Program-made: the position numbers and the translations under genes
Notes under the pieces: generated by a model
Seen by the model: the letters and a program-made list of their open reading frames with translations, nothing else
Database searches by the model: none
What the model was told of the DNA's origin: nothing
Part shown: positions 10,525-21,495 of the stretch, in pieces
Position numbering within the stretch: position 1 is the stretch's first letter
Layout: every line of letters starts with the position of its first letter
DNA from: Candidatus Eiseniibacteriota bacterium
GTDB lineage: Bacteria; Eisenbacteria; RBG-16-71-46; CAZAMP01
DNA: 64,000 nt
Direction of reading: 5' to 3'
Assembly (NCBI GenBank): GCA_965224245.1
Contig: OZ245046.1
Coordinates: forward strand, 4,128,001-4,192,000

Positions 10525-11937
10525 TCACGGAAGCATCGTGAACCTGTGAGTCGCAACGCCGTCCTCCCCGTCGAGCCTCACGAAGTACGTTCCCGGTGCC
10601 ACGGAACGACCGTGTCGGTCGCGTCCGTCCCACGACACCTCGTGACGGCCGGCGCTGAACATCGATCTCGCGAGAGTCCGGACGACTCGACCGCCGACGT
10701 CGAGAATGGCGAGGCGCACCGGCGACGCGGTCCTCGTCTCGAAGGTGATCGACACGTTCGCGGGCGCCGGATTGGGACGCGTCTCGATGATCATGCGTGT
10801 CGCTGGATCCGTCGTCGGCGCGACGTCGAGCGGCGCCACGATGTCGATTGGAAGGTTGGCCTCGGACTCGTGGATCAAGCTCGCGCCGTCGTAGATCCGC
10901 ATTCGCGTCACCGCGCTCGTGTACGACTGGTCGAACGTGTGCTCGTACTCGCCGCCGGCAAAGTCCGCGTCGACGAGCGTCGCGAACACCTCGAACGAGG
11001 TCTCCTCGCCGTCGCGGATGGCGAGCTCGAACGAGCGAGAGCCCGATGCGAGCGTACCTCCATCATCCGCGCGACTTCTGCCGGTGCAATCGACGCTGCA
11101 GTCGCAATGACCGACCCCCACGACGAGACTGTTTCCGCCATGAACGCGCTGTGTCCACCCCCAGCTGGGTGTGCATCCGAGCCAGTACGGATCGCCGTAG
11201 AGACACAACAGGGAGCCGATGACGCTGAAGTCGGGCGAGTCGAAGACGAACGGGCAGGACGCATCGTCGTACATCATGCAGCCGGAATCGCCGTCCGAGT
11301 GCTTGACGCCGAGGGCGTGGGCAAGCTCGTGCATGACGACGGAGGCGCGATCGAACGTGGTGGCTCCCCAGGCCACCGTGGGGTTGAGGTCGATGCAGAC
11401 CAGCTCGGCGGCCTTGGGTTCGCGGAAACCTCGATCCGTCGCGACGACCGAGGTGTATCCGAGGAAGACGGTGTACCCCAGCTCCTCTCCCGAGCAAGCC
11501 ACGTTCATGTCCGTCGGCGGAGCCGCGCTCTCGCAGGTGATGATCCCGCCATCCATTTCGCCGTACGTGAAGACGATTCCGAAGCCGGGAAGATCGGATA
11601 CCTGACCCGCGTAGTAGATCGAGAACGCCGACCCCAGATCGGCCGCGGACACCAGGTTGAACTGGTTGACCGCGTTCTGGATCGCCGACCTCATGGCGAG
11701 GCAGGGGCCGTCGGAGCATCCGGCGAGACCAGGGCCGAAGTAGTAGGGGATGACTGCCTCACATCCGCTCGTCGGATACCATTTGTAGCCGAGGTTTTTC
11801 GGGGTACACATGGCAGACGTGCGGGCGACACCCCCCTCCGGGTCCGAGGGCTCCGTGGTCTTCAGGTCCGGACTGGCGCCCACGTTGGCGGTGGCGCCGA
11901 CAAATGCGAATCCGAGTACGAGACCTCTCTTCGGCAT
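10525..11937 (-). CDS. matrixin/metzincin-like zinc metalloprotease with FlgD-Ig CTD
   Basis: HELAHALGVKH zinc motif followed by Met-turn CMMY; C-terminal PNPA...WDGRD..GRSVAPGTYF. Confidence 0.82.
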   Translation of the reverse strand: MPKRGLVLGFAFVGATANVGASPDLKTTEPSDPEGGVARTSAMCTPKNLGYKWYPTSGCEAVIPYYFGPGLAGCSDGPCLAMRSAIQNAVNQFNLVSAADLGSAFSIYYAGQVSDLPGFGIVFTYGEMDGGIITCESAAPPTDMNVACSGEELGYTVFLGYTSVVATDRGFREPKAAELVCIDLNPTVAWGATTFDRASVVMHELAHALGVKHSDGDSGCMMYDDASCPFVFDSPDFSVIGSLLCLYGDPYWLGCTPSWGWTQRVHGGNSLVVGVGHCDCSVDCTGRSRADDGGTLASGSRSFELAIRDGEETSFEVFATLVDADFAGGEYEHTFDQSYTSAVTRMRIYDGASLIHESEANLPIDIVAPLDVAPTTDPATRMIIETRPNPAPANVSITFETRTASPVRLAILDVGGRVVRTLARSMFSAGRHEVSWDGRDRHGRSVAPGTYFVRLDGEDGVATHRFTMLP

Positions 11938-12559
11938 CGACACGGCGGCTCCCTTCGCTCTCTTCCGGGTTTCGCTCCGGACCGGCATCCCCGGGTGGGG
12001 TGCTGTGCCACTACGCGTCAAATCGCCGCGAATGAGGCCAGCTCCGAGCTCCTTCCTCGACCGGTGAGACTCTCAGCCGCCGTCGGCGGCCGACATGGCG
12101 TCCAATCACCCGGGAGAGTGTCGGGTCGATGTCTCTGACCGCGACTCAACCTCTTGATAGTGAGTGAGTTGTGGCTGTGAGCGCGTACCGCTCCCCGTGC
12201 TCCGCCACGAGGCTCCCGGGCGTGGCCCCTGACGCCGGTACGGCCCCGGCTCGCGTGTGGAGGGACCCGGAGACAGGGCGGGACCTGGAGACGTTCGATG
12301 TGGAGCCGGGTAGGGACAGGCAAGTCGTCTCGAGGAGCGGTTCACGATCGAAGCGGATGTCCCGGACGCCGACCGCGCTCCGGACGGACGGCTTCTCCTG
12401 ATCGAGACCGCGGAGGCGGTGCGAGATGCGAGCGTGACCGTGGTCCTGAACGGGTTCGGCAGCTCAAAGGGCGGAATCCCTGATCGGGAACTGATCGCGC
12501 CAGGCGGAGTCGTACCCGGAACGCATCATGACCCTGACGCCCGCGCCCCGATGCCGGTC

Positions 12560-13249
12560 CTATCCGCCGGTCACGGCGACGGTGGTGGCCGCGGCGGCCG
12601 CGGCGTGCATCGCCTCGATCGCGGCCTTGGTGGCCTCGCTCGCCACCTGGCCCTCGGCGATCGCCTCCAGCCGCTTCTTGCGAGGCTTGAGATCCTTCCG
12701 GGTGAACGACGTCTTCAGGAGATCCGAGCGCCAGGCGAGCGAGACCGCGACGGCGGTCCGGGCGTCGACGTCACCCTCGCTGAAGATCGCGTCCCGCATG
12801 CGAGCCACGAGCGCGCGCTCGGGCTCGGGGTTCCGTTCGGGGTAGATCTTGCGGGTGAAGATGAACAGGACGGTGTCCTCGTCGGCGCGAAGCACGCCCT
12901 TCCTGCAGAGCGAGCGCGCCACGCGGTCCCGGAGCTTCTTCAGCCGGGAGAACCGCTGGACCCACATGACCGCCTGTGCGCGGCGACCGGCGTCGGCGAC
13001 CCTGGCCAGCGCCTCGTCCATGACCTCGTCGCCGACGCGCATGGCCGACGCGACCTCGATCATCTTCTTCTTGCCCTTTCGCCCCTCCGACACCACGCGA
13101 AGACGCTCCTGGAGAAGCAGCTCGGCCAGGACCGCGCCGCCCAGCGCCAGCTTCCAGTTGGTCATGCCGTGCATCGTGCCCTTGCGGTCGCGAAGGGCCA
13201 GAAGCAGCAGCTCCTCGGTCAGGAGGAGCGTCGTCTGCGAGCCTGCCAT
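12560..13249 (-). CDS. GPP34 / GOLPH3-VPS74 family protein
   Basis: L.EELLLLAL...G, LGGAVLAELLL..R, L..KGVL....VLFIF...YP and DARTA motifs; AAGGAG RBS. Confidence 0.85.
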   Translation of the reverse strand: MAGSQTTLLLTEELLLLALRDRKGTMHGMTNWKLALGGAVLAELLLQERLRVVSEGRKGKKKMIEVASAMRVGDEVMDEALARVADAGRRAQAVMWVQRFSRLKKLRDRVARSLCRKGVLRADEDTVLFIFTRKIYPERNPEPERALVARMRDAIFSEGDVDARTAVAVSLAWRSDLLKTSFTRKDLKPRKKRLEAIAEGQVASEATKAAIEAMHAAAAAATTVAVTGG

Positions 13250-13447
13250 CGTGAGCTCCTTGTCGAGGCGAAGTGAATGCAAGTGTAGCAGCATGACGAC
13301 TGCACCTCACGTCCTGCACCCGAGGGCGGTCGTGCCCGAAGTCGGTCTGCTGCTCGACCCTGCGCCGTTCAGCCGAGGTTGAGGCATGATCGCGCCCGGT
13401 GGTACTCTTCGAGTCCCTCCCCACCCACCCCAATCTGGAGGTGTGTG

Positions 13448-15142
13448 ATGACTCGCGGTACGCCGGCCCTCGGCTCGGTGGTCCTGCTCCTCACCCTGAC
13501 CGCATCGCTCTCCGGTCGGACGCTCCACGTGAGCTCGATCCCCGATGCGGGCCCCACGGCGCGATGGGCGTTCGACGCCACGCCGCGCGCCGGATGTCCG
13601 TGCGACAGCACCGTCGTGGACTCGACCCTCTATCGACTCGACATACCGGGGTTCGTCTACAGCTTCGGTGACACCGTTCGCTACGAGTACCGGGTCACCA
13701 ACCAAGGCGCCATCGACCGAGAGTACTGGTTCTCGACCTCCTGTCAGGATTGGTACGCGGCCTATCCCGGGGACTGCGGTCCGTTCGACTCCGGCTGCGA
13801 CCCCGCCTGGGAGGCCCCCTGGGGCTGCTTCCTCGCCTCGTCGCACTTCGCGCTCGCCCCGGGCGAGACCCAGACGTTCGTCTTCGACTGGCGCCTCCAC
13901 GGGATCGATGGAGATCCAGTGCCACCGGGCGCGTACACGGTCTACGCGGCCATGCGGAACGACTACCCGGGCACGATGCTGTCGGTGCCGATCGACGTCG
14001 TGCCGTACGGCCCGCGGCTCATCCAGGAGGCGCTCGACGTCGCTACGGCTGGTGACACCGTCGTGGTCGCACCCGGAACGTACCCGGAGAACATCGTCTT
14101 CGACGACTCCCACGACGGGGTCCGGCTCATCTCGTCCGGAGGACCGGACGAGACGATCATCGACGGCGGTGGCCGCGGCAGCGTCGTCTACTTCCGAAAC
14201 GTCGGACCCTCCACCGTGCTCGAGGGCTTCACGATCCAGAACGGCCGGAACGAGTCCACGTCCGAGTTCTGGACGTACGTCGGCGGAGGGATCTCGCTGA
14301 TCCAGTCCGCACGGCCGACGATCCGCGGAAACGTCATCCGCGACAACCGAAGCGACAGCGGGGGCGGGATCTCGGCGGCACACGCGTGCGGAGCGCTCAT
14401 CACGGGGAACCTGTTCCTGGACAACGAGGCGTCGTGGCGTGGCGGCGGCGTCCACATCTGGCTTCCGGGCTACAGCCCCGCCGCGCTGGTCACCGGGAAC
14501 ACGTTCGTCGGCAACCGCGCGACGAACGGCGGGGGCGTCTACGCGCGCACCCCGTACGATGGCTTCACCACCGTGTCGAGGAACATCTTCTATCGCAACC
14601 AGAGCGAGGGTGCCGGTGGAGCGCTCTACTGCCACGGCGGATCGGGCCGCATCGTTCGCGACCAGTGCAACGCGTACTGGGAGAACGTCCCCGACGACAT
14701 GACGACGTCGTGCCAGACGATCGACCCCGTCCTCTCCGATCCCCGCTTCTGCGATCCGGACGCGGAAGACTACCGACTTCAGGTCGGATCACCGTGCTCG
14801 GCGGAGGAGAATCCCGGCTGCGGCCTCATCGGCGCGTACGACGTGTCGTGCCCGATGATCGACGTGGCGACCGTGGCACCCCCAGCGCCGGGGGTCCGGC
14901 TGGAGCCCAACCCGTTCCGGGCGCGCATCGGGATCCGGGTCACCGGCTCTGCCCCGGTCGACGCACGCGTCGACGTCTACTCCTCGGGTGGGCGTCGGGT
15001 GTGGTCGACCCCGTTCACGCGCGCGGTCCTCTGGGAGGGTCGCGACCTGAGCGGACGTCCGATCGCCCCGGGAACGTACTTCGTTCGCGTGAGGGCCGGT
15101 ACCGCGATCGTCACCGAGAAGGTCGTTCGGCTGCCCGAGTAG
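13448..15142 (+). CDS. secreted BsuPI-like Ig domain + right-handed beta-helix + FlgD-Ig CTD protein
   Basis: LAPGETQTFVFDW...VPPGAYTV; IQEALD.A..GDTVVVAPGTY.E; repeated N.A..GGG; DPRFC...DYRLQ.GSPC; C-terminal PNPF. Confidence 0.82.
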   Translation: MTRGTPALGSVVLLLTLTASLSGRTLHVSSIPDAGPTARWAFDATPRAGCPCDSTVVDSTLYRLDIPGFVYSFGDTVRYEYRVTNQGAIDREYWFSTSCQDWYAAYPGDCGPFDSGCDPAWEAPWGCFLASSHFALAPGETQTFVFDWRLHGIDGDPVPPGAYTVYAAMRNDYPGTMLSVPIDVVPYGPRLIQEALDVATAGDTVVVAPGTYPENIVFDDSHDGVRLISSGGPDETIIDGGGRGSVVYFRNVGPSTVLEGFTIQNGRNESTSEFWTYVGGGISLIQSARPTIRGNVIRDNRSDSGGGISAAHACGALITGNLFLDNEASWRGGGVHIWLPGYSPAALVTGNTFVGNRATNGGGVYARTPYDGFTTVSRNIFYRNQSEGAGGALYCHGGSGRIVRDQCNAYWENVPDDMTTSCQTIDPVLSDPRFCDPDAEDYRLQVGSPCSAEENPGCGLIGAYDVSCPMIDVATVAPPAPGVRLEPNPFRARIGIRVTGSAPVDARVDVYSSGGRRVWSTPFTRAVLWEGRDLSGRPIAPGTYFVRVRAGTAIVTEKVVRLPE

Positions 15143-15322
15143 GTGCCCGGCGGCAGCTCGACGGCATGAACCCCGAGCGGCAGGAGCGGCTCGCCGAGCG
15201 GAATCGCCCTGTCCCTGCGACGCCACGTCGCACCCGTCTTCGAGCTCGCACGTCCCTCCCCGGTAACCGCGTCAGCCGGGACAACGTCGATGCGTTCTCG
15301 GTACGGACAGGCGGCGCAATCG

Positions 15323-15865
15323 TCAAGCGGTATCCACCACCTCCCCGCGCAGGATGGCGTAGACCTCGACGTCGTGATGACGTCCCTCGTGGAACCAGGC
15401 GCCGCGCGCGGTGCCCTCGTGGCGATACCCGCACTTCTCCGCCACGCGCCGCGACGCGGCGTTGTCGGGATGGATGATCAGACGGATCCGGTTGAGCCGC
15501 GTACGATGGAACAGGAGGCGGGTCATCAGCCCCACGGCCTCGGTGGCGATGCCCTTGCCGGTGTGCTCCCGCGCGTAGACGTGGTAGCTGAGCTCGAGCT
15601 CGTCCAGATAGGGAACGGTCCGGAAGAACTCCACGTGTCCGACCACCTCGTCCGTGTCGAGGGTGTTGACGAGCAGTGTTCCGTCGTTCTCGCTCCAGAA
15701 CCCCGTCTCTGCATACTTTCGTCGGAACAACGGCTCGGGGAGCACGCCGATCGGGAAATACGGCCCCCGGTTGGCGACGTCCTGATGGTGCTCGTAGAAG
15801 CGTTCGAGATCGGCTTCCCTGACCTGCCGAAGGCCGACGCTGCTTCCCCGTACGATCATCGGCAC
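15323..15865 (-). CDS. GNAT acetyltransferase, RimJ/RimL family
   Basis: GKGIATEAV; NAASRRVAEKCGYRHEG. Confidence 0.9.
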   Translation of the reverse strand: MPMIVRGSSVGLRQVREADLERFYEHHQDVANRGPYFPIGVLPEPLFRRKYAETGFWSENDGTLLVNTLDTDEVVGHVEFFRTVPYLDELELSYHVYAREHTGKGIATEAVGLMTRLLFHRTRLNRIRLIIHPDNAASRRVAEKCGYRHEGTARGAWFHEGRHHDVEVYAILRGEVVDTA

Positions 15866-16085
15866 CCCTTTCCCGCGGAGTCACGTGGCCGGTCGAGGCA
15901 TCGCCCGAGACACCGCGACCGGCAGCCATGGAGAACGGAAGAGACGCGTACCTCGATGTGGAGCTGGCAGCGGCAAGTGTACCGCATCCCTCCCCTGCCT
16001 GCTCCGACCCTGTTCCGGGGTTCGATGGGCTTTCGCACGGCAGGAAGCCGACCGCGGCGACGACGCACGCTCGGTCAGGTCGCAA

Positions 16086-17150
16086 TCACGGAGCCAGTGT
16101 GAGCCGCCGGATGACCGGGTCCGAGCCCCGTGAAGACGTGACTGCCAGGAAATAGACACCCGGGGCGACGCGACGCGAGCCGCCGATTCTCAGGTCCCAT
16201 CTCAGGAGACCGGTTCCGGAACGATCCGACCAGACCGTCCGCCCGCCCACGTCGTACACGCTCACCGTCATCTCTCCGCCGTGATCGGGCACATGAATGA
16301 CGACGGACTCGGACGCCGGGTTCGGGTGGATGCTGACATCCATGACCGGGGTGACGTCGTCGACGTCGAGCATCGTGGACGCGAGCGCGAGGCCGAGCAG
16401 CGTGTAGTCGGGGTTGTATCGTACCGAGTCCAGCAGGGCGAACGACGGATACCCGATCAGGTACAGGAAGCCGTTGGCTCCGACGCCCCAGAGAGAATCC
16501 GTGGCGGCGTTGAACTCGATGTCACTGATGGGTCGGTACCCGTCCTGCGCCGCATGCTGGTCGAAGGTCGATCCCGGTGGTCGGGAGACGTCGACCAGAC
16601 GCCGATCGTCCGGAGCGGGCGGGGTCACGTCGAGCCACAGGGCCTCACCCGAGGGACTGCGGCAGAGGCCGTCGCCATCGGCACTGGACGTGACGCTGGT
16701 GAAGCTGACGACGTCGGTCACCAGCCCGTCGAGGAACAGGCGGCCGAGCGCGTCCGACGAGACCGCTGCGCTGCTCGCGTGATGGAAGCTGGTCCAGAGC
16801 TCACCATCGATGGATGCCAGACCCTCCGCATGCGGCACCGGAACTCCGGCGACGTTGAGCGTGTCGCGTGTGGCGATGTTCCCGAACGTGTCGAGGGAGA
16901 ACACTTCGGCGACGCCATCGGTGAACAGCGAGTTCACGACGTAGATGACGTCGCCCACCACCGCCAGATCCGGATCCCGCATGTCGGCCGCGATCTCACC
17001 CAGAAGCTGAACGCTGCCGTCACGCGTGTCGACGAGAACGAGCTCGTCGCGGCTCGTCTCGATGCTGTAGAACGTCGTGGCACGGGTCTCGATCGCCAGC
17101 GCACAGACGATCGAGAGCAGGACGAATGCGCGCGTCTTCATCGCCGTCAC
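16086..17150 (-). CDS. secreted beta-propeller-like protein with FlgD-Ig CTD
   Basis: GGAGG RBS; signal peptide; C-terminal HPNPA...VYDVGGRTV...WD...VAPGVYF. Confidence 0.78.
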   Translation of the reverse strand: MTAMKTRAFVLLSIVCALAIETRATTFYSIETSRDELVLVDTRDGSVQLLGEIAADMRDPDLAVVGDVIYVVNSLFTDGVAEVFSLDTFGNIATRDTLNVAGVPVPHAEGLASIDGELWTSFHHASSAAVSSDALGRLFLDGLVTDVVSFTSVTSSADGDGLCRSPSGEALWLDVTPPAPDDRRLVDVSRPPGSTFDQHAAQDGYRPISDIEFNAATDSLWGVGANGFLYLIGYPSFALLDSVRYNPDYTLLGLALASTMLDVDDVTPVMDVSIHPNPASESVVIHVPDHGGEMTVSVYDVGGRTVWSDRSGTGLLRWDLRIGGSRRVAPGVYFLAVTSSRGSDPVIRRLTLAP

Positions 17151-17625
17151 CCTCCTCTCAGGCGGCGGTTCTGGGGCTGCAGCGGCGCGCGAGCCTCACA
17201 TGCCCCCGGCGTGGCCACTTCAAAATGACGTCAGGCCTCCGGTCGTGAGCCGGGGTTGGTCGGTCCTCGCGGTCGTCCCCGCCCCATGGAGGTAATGCGC
17301 CTTCTCTCGAGAGCGCACGCCTCGTCCCGCGGGTCCCCGTCGGCCTGACCATCCCGGAGCGGGCGGCGGGTGGGAGCCCGGGAATGGCCCCGGGCGAAGA
17401 GACGGAATGCGGACGCGGCTCCGGGCCGCGATGGCGCTCTCAACGTGTTGGAGCTGATCGTGTTGGCCCGTCTCGTCACGCTCCGGCCTGCTCGAGTGCC
17501 TCCACCGAGGGTGCCAGTACGGCTCCGGATTCCGCAGTTCCTGATAGTCCCCGCTCCGGCCGGGCTGCCCGCCTCCGCCGGCAATCGACCCACATGGATC
17601 GAGCGCGGGGCTCAGGAGGTTCAAG

Positions 17626-18060
17626 ATGCTTCAGTGTAACAAGATACGAATCGCGTGGTCGTTGCTCGCGGGGATCGCCGCGGTGGGCACGGCGCTCGCG
17701 GTCTCCGCCTTCGGCGACCACGGATGGGAGTACACGGGTCCGCCTCCGGGACGAGAGACGCCGCATCTCATCGTTCACCGCCCGGTCGACGGCGGGGTGG
17801 TGAACGTCCACACCGACTCGCGGTTCGGGCTCCCACCGCTGCCGCCGAACGAGCTCGAGCGACGGAAGCTCGATCTCGCTCGCGACGCGATCGCCGGAGC
17901 CGACGCCGCCGGTACCCGCTGGATGGTGCCCGCGGACGCCGATCCCCACGTCTTCGACGCCGGTGCGGAGCGAGAGAAGCTCGAGCGCCGGTGGTCGATG
18001 GAGCCACTGCCGGACGTGGACACGCCGGGGACCCCACTGGAGAGCGGAGGTGAGCGATGA
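17626..18060 (+). CDS. small exported hypothetical protein
   Basis: AGGAGG RBS; N-terminal hydrophobic segment; ATGA overlap with the next gene. Confidence 0.7.
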   Translation: MLQCNKIRIAWSLLAGIAAVGTALAVSAFGDHGWEYTGPPPGRETPHLIVHRPVDGGVVNVHTDSRFGLPPLPPNELERRKLDLARDAIAGADAAGTRWMVPADADPHVFDAGAEREKLERRWSMEPLPDVDTPGTPLESGGER

Positions 18061-21000
18061 CGCGCAGCATCCTTCTCACCGCCGCGCTCGCCGCCACGAT
18101 CTCGTTCGGCGACGCCCACGCGCAGTCCGAGCCGATTCTCGGGCCCTGCTACGAGACACGCGAGCACGAAGACGTCTACCGAGGCGACTCCACCAGCGGC
18201 GCCTCGATGCCGGAGAAGACGGCCGCCCACCGGTGCGTGGAGCCCGACGGGTCGGAAGACCGGTCCTCGGGATGGGCCGAAGCACGCCGAGGTGGCACCT
18301 ATGTGGACAGAGATACGGCCCACTATCCGCGCGGATCGATCTTGAACGTGATCCTGTTCATCGACCACGACGGCGGGACGTGGACCTGCGACGAGCGCAA
18401 CGCGATGGCGGAGAAGGCGTCGGATGCCAAGCAGTTCTACCTGAATCACATGCCGCCGGAGGGCTTCCTCACCTGGGACAACGAGGGATCCTCATCCTAC
18501 TGGTACTACCGGGCCACGTTGCCGTACGACGTGAGCGAGATGGCCTCCCTGCACAGCTTCGATGAGTACATGGTCGAAGACGCCATCGAGCTCCTGGGCT
18601 TCAGCGACGAGGACGGGGACGGCGGGGTCATCGACGACATGACGCTGTGGCTCCAGAACTGGGGTGGAGGCTGGGACAACGTCATTCTCACGGCGACGCC
18701 CGCCGACTACAACTTCCGCGCCCGAGCGTCGCTGACACGTGCATACATCCGGGTGGACCAGTACGACGAAGCGGGCGTGTGGGCGCACGAGTGGGGACAC
18801 GTACTCGGGGCCTGCGACGAATACGTGGACTTTTGGGATGAGGGGCAACGCGACTCGTGCCAGAGTGGGGTCGACTGCGGTCCGTGCCCGGCGAGCCCAT
18901 ACATCACGGTGAACCCGGAGGATTATCCGGACAACGCCAACTGTGTCCTGTGCGGAACCGATCCCTGCATCATGAAGTCGTCGCGCGGCAGCTACGACGG
19001 CCCGCCTTGCTCGGCGACCCACGGGCAGTGGGCGTGGGTGGACGCCGACGGGAATGGCCGACTCGACAAGACGATCGCCTGGGATCCGCTCGCCGAGGAC
19101 GTCTACGAGATCTACGAGCTGCCCCACAACACGACCTGGACCCACTCCCGTACCGACTGGGGACTGGTGGCGAACCAGAAGTGGACGAGCTGGAGCGCGA
19201 TCGGGGTGCGCACCCGCAGCACCGCGAACTGGAACCTGTGGGTGTACGGCGACAACAACCGCAACTACCTCCAGGGGTGGTCGGTGTACCCGGACCCGAA
19301 CGACGTGGACTTCGTGGTCGGCGACTTCAACCACGACAACCTGGGGCAGGATCACGTTCGCGTGTACAAGACGTCCGGCAGTGGACAGTACGTGCTGCAT
19401 CACGAGGCCGGGAACCAGATGCTGTTCGCCGACGGCGTCGTGCGATCGAAGACGTGGCAGTCGCTCCAGGTCGTGCGCGCCTTCGACGTCCCGCTGTTCG
19501 CCGGCGAGACCATCCGCTTCGAGCTCGACGTGCAGAGCGCCGGGCTCGACCTCGGCATGGCGCTCTTCAAGTCGAACGGCGGCACCTACTACGGGAGCCG
19601 CGCGACGGCGGAGATCGAGGTGGACGGGTTCGGGGCCGGCGCCGACGAGTTCTTCGAGTACACCGTGACGGACGACGACGTCTACGGCCTCATCCTGTGG
19701 TCGAACGCCGAGACGGGGGGCGACTTCACCATCCAGGTCGGGCCGACGACGTACGCGCTAGCCGAGGAGGCTCGATACACCACCTTCGCCGAGCTCCAGC
19801 TCTTCTCGTTCGCTCCGTACACGAACTACTGGGCGGTGTCGGCCGTCCGGCCCGGTGCGAGCTCGAACGTGAGGCTCCGGCAGTACGAGGAGTCGACCTT
19901 CGAGACGCTGCTGCAGACCTCGGGCGCGTACCCGAACGTGGAGTTCGTTGCGTCGGACTACAACCCCGGCTTCTCGACGGACTACCTGCGCGTGCTCCGA
20001 CAGAGCGGCGGCACCGCGCACACCACGCAGTGGGAGCAGGGGGCGGACATCCTGGCGGGCTGGCAGGCCGACAACTGGGGATCGGGATTCGTCTGCAAGG
20101 TCTGGGACACTCACCTCCTGGCCGGGCAGAAGTACCGGGTCCAGCAGTACGACGAGCTCTTCAATCCCATCAGTGCCGGCATCTATCTCGTGAGCTCGGC
20201 CGACGGTGACCGCTACAAGGCGCGCAGCGGGGCGGAGGTGGGCAGCAACGAGCGCACCGTGTTCGCGGAGTGGTTCACCTACACGCCGTCCGTGGACGAC
20301 TGGTACGGACTGGTGATGATCGCCAACGACAACTCCGACGGTGCGTATACCATCGGCGTCGGGCCCTCCGAGGTGCTGACCGAACAGTCACCGGTCGTGT
20401 TCCCCGACGAGATCGTCTGGGGAGACATCGACAGCGAGGCCGGCTCGTGGACGGTGGCCGGAGTTCGCCCGGAAGCCGGGTCGATCTCGTCGATGTGGAT
20501 CTGGGACTGCAAGGACCGCATCCTCCCATGCTTCCGTGACGGCGACTCGTCCGGCGATCTCGTCCGCTACGTCGCGATCGACGCCAACCACGAGGCGGCC
20601 GCGACGTACTACACCCGCGCCGACCGCAACGCCGGCGTCGGCGAGCAGGCGGTGTCGTTCGACGTGGCGGAGGCGACCGACATCTCGTTCGATGATCTCG
20701 ACGAGGCCGAGCACGCCTCGGGTTCGTTCGTCGAGGACGAGGTCGTCCAGGTTTGGGACCTGGACGTCACGATCGCTCCGGTGACGGTTCAGGTGGTCGT
20801 CGTGCCCCGATCCCCCGATCTGGATCTCGCCGTATCCGTGCACGACTCGGGGGATGGAGACCTCATCCAGGGATCGGCCGACGCGATCGCGGTCGTGAAC
20901 GATCTCGGCGCCGGAGGCCAGGAGGTGCTCCTCTTCGACGCGGCCGTGAGTGACGTCTTTGGTCTCGTGGTGACGAACCGGAGCGGCGCGGCGGGTGACT

Positions 21001-21329
21001 ACGACATCCACGTGTACGATCCGGGACTTCTGGACGTGGGCGAGGACGCGGCGCCTCGCGAGCTCGCCTTCCAGGCCGTCGGTGTCGCGTCCGAACGACC
21101 CACGTTCCGCCTCGCGTTGCCCGAATCCTCGCCCGTGCGCGTCGACGTGTTCGACGTGAACGGCCGGCGGGTCCGGACGTTGGCCGACGAGGAGCTACCG
21201 TCGGGTGTGCACTTGCTGGCCTGGGACGGCCGGTCGGCGGGAGGAGCTCCGGTGGCCTCGGGGATCTACTTCGCGCGGCTGCGCACGAGCAGCGACGAGC
21301 GAGTGGTGAAGCTGGTGCGGCGCCGTTGA
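18057..21329 (+). CDS. large secreted zinc metalloprotease with three tandem repeats and FlgD-Ig CTD
   Basis: Signal peptide; AHEWGHVLGACDEY; PCIMK Met-turn; C-terminal VFDVNGRRVRTL...WDGR...VASGIYF. Confidence 0.85.
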   Translation: MTRSILLTAALAATISFGDAHAQSEPILGPCYETREHEDVYRGDSTSGASMPEKTAAHRCVEPDGSEDRSSGWAEARRGGTYVDRDTAHYPRGSILNVILFIDHDGGTWTCDERNAMAEKASDAKQFYLNHMPPEGFLTWDNEGSSSYWYYRATLPYDVSEMASLHSFDEYMVEDAIELLGFSDEDGDGGVIDDMTLWLQNWGGGWDNVILTATPADYNFRARASLTRAYIRVDQYDEAGVWAHEWGHVLGACDEYVDFWDEGQRDSCQSGVDCGPCPASPYITVNPEDYPDNANCVLCGTDPCIMKSSRGSYDGPPCSATHGQWAWVDADGNGRLDKTIAWDPLAEDVYEIYELPHNTTWTHSRTDWGLVANQKWTSWSAIGVRTRSTANWNLWVYGDNNRNYLQGWSVYPDPNDVDFVVGDFNHDNLGQDHVRVYKTSGSGQYVLHHEAGNQMLFADGVVRSKTWQSLQVVRAFDVPLFAGETIRFELDVQSAGLDLGMALFKSNGGTYYGSRATAEIEVDGFGAGADEFFEYTVTDDDVYGLILWSNAETGGDFTIQVGPTTYALAEEARYTTFAELQLFSFAPYTNYWAVSAVRPGASSNVRLRQYEESTFETLLQTSGAYPNVEFVASDYNPGFSTDYLRVLRQSGGTAHTTQWEQGADILAGWQADNWGSGFVCKVWDTHLLAGQKYRVQQYDELFNPISAGIYLVSSADGDRYKARSGAEVGSNERTVFAEWFTYTPSVDDWYGLVMIANDNSDGAYTIGVGPSEVLTEQSPVVFPDEIVWGDIDSEAGSWTVAGVRPEAGSISSMWIWDCKDRILPCFRDGDSSGDLVRYVAIDANHEAAATYYTRADRNAGVGEQAVSFDVAEATDISFDDLDEAEHASGSFVEDEVVQVWDLDVTIAPVTVQVVVVPRSPDLDLAVSVHDSGDGDLIQGSADAIAVVNDLGAGGQEVLLFDAAVSDVFGLVVTNRSGAAGDYDIHVYDPGLLDVGEDAAPRELAFQAVGVASERPTFRLALPESSPVRVDVFDVNGRRVRTLADEELPSGVHLLAWDGRSAGGAPVASGIYFARLRTSSDERVVKLVRRR

Positions 21330-21352
21330 GATGGTCGCTGGGGCCGGTGTCC

Positions 21353-21382
21353 CGGGGCCCGGATCGGACGATCCGGGCCCCG
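21353..21382. terminator. perfect hairpin between convergent genes
   Basis: CGGGGCCCGGATC-ggac-GATCCGGGCCCCG, a 13-bp perfect stem; no U-tract. Confidence 0.5.
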
Positions 21383-21495
21383 AACGTGATCCTCGGCACG
21401 GCGGCCTGGCCAAGGACCCCGACGACCGCCGGCAGACGCCGGTCAGGCGAGGCATACGTCCTTCGGCGAGGCTGCGCGACCGGCGGACGCCTGGG

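Noticed and set aside
11940-12559. Possible ncRNA or small genes in long intergenic gaps (also 7023-7459 and 17151-17625)
   Set aside because: Only short hairpins and low-complexity ORFs without RBS or motifs; nothing supportable without a covariance search.
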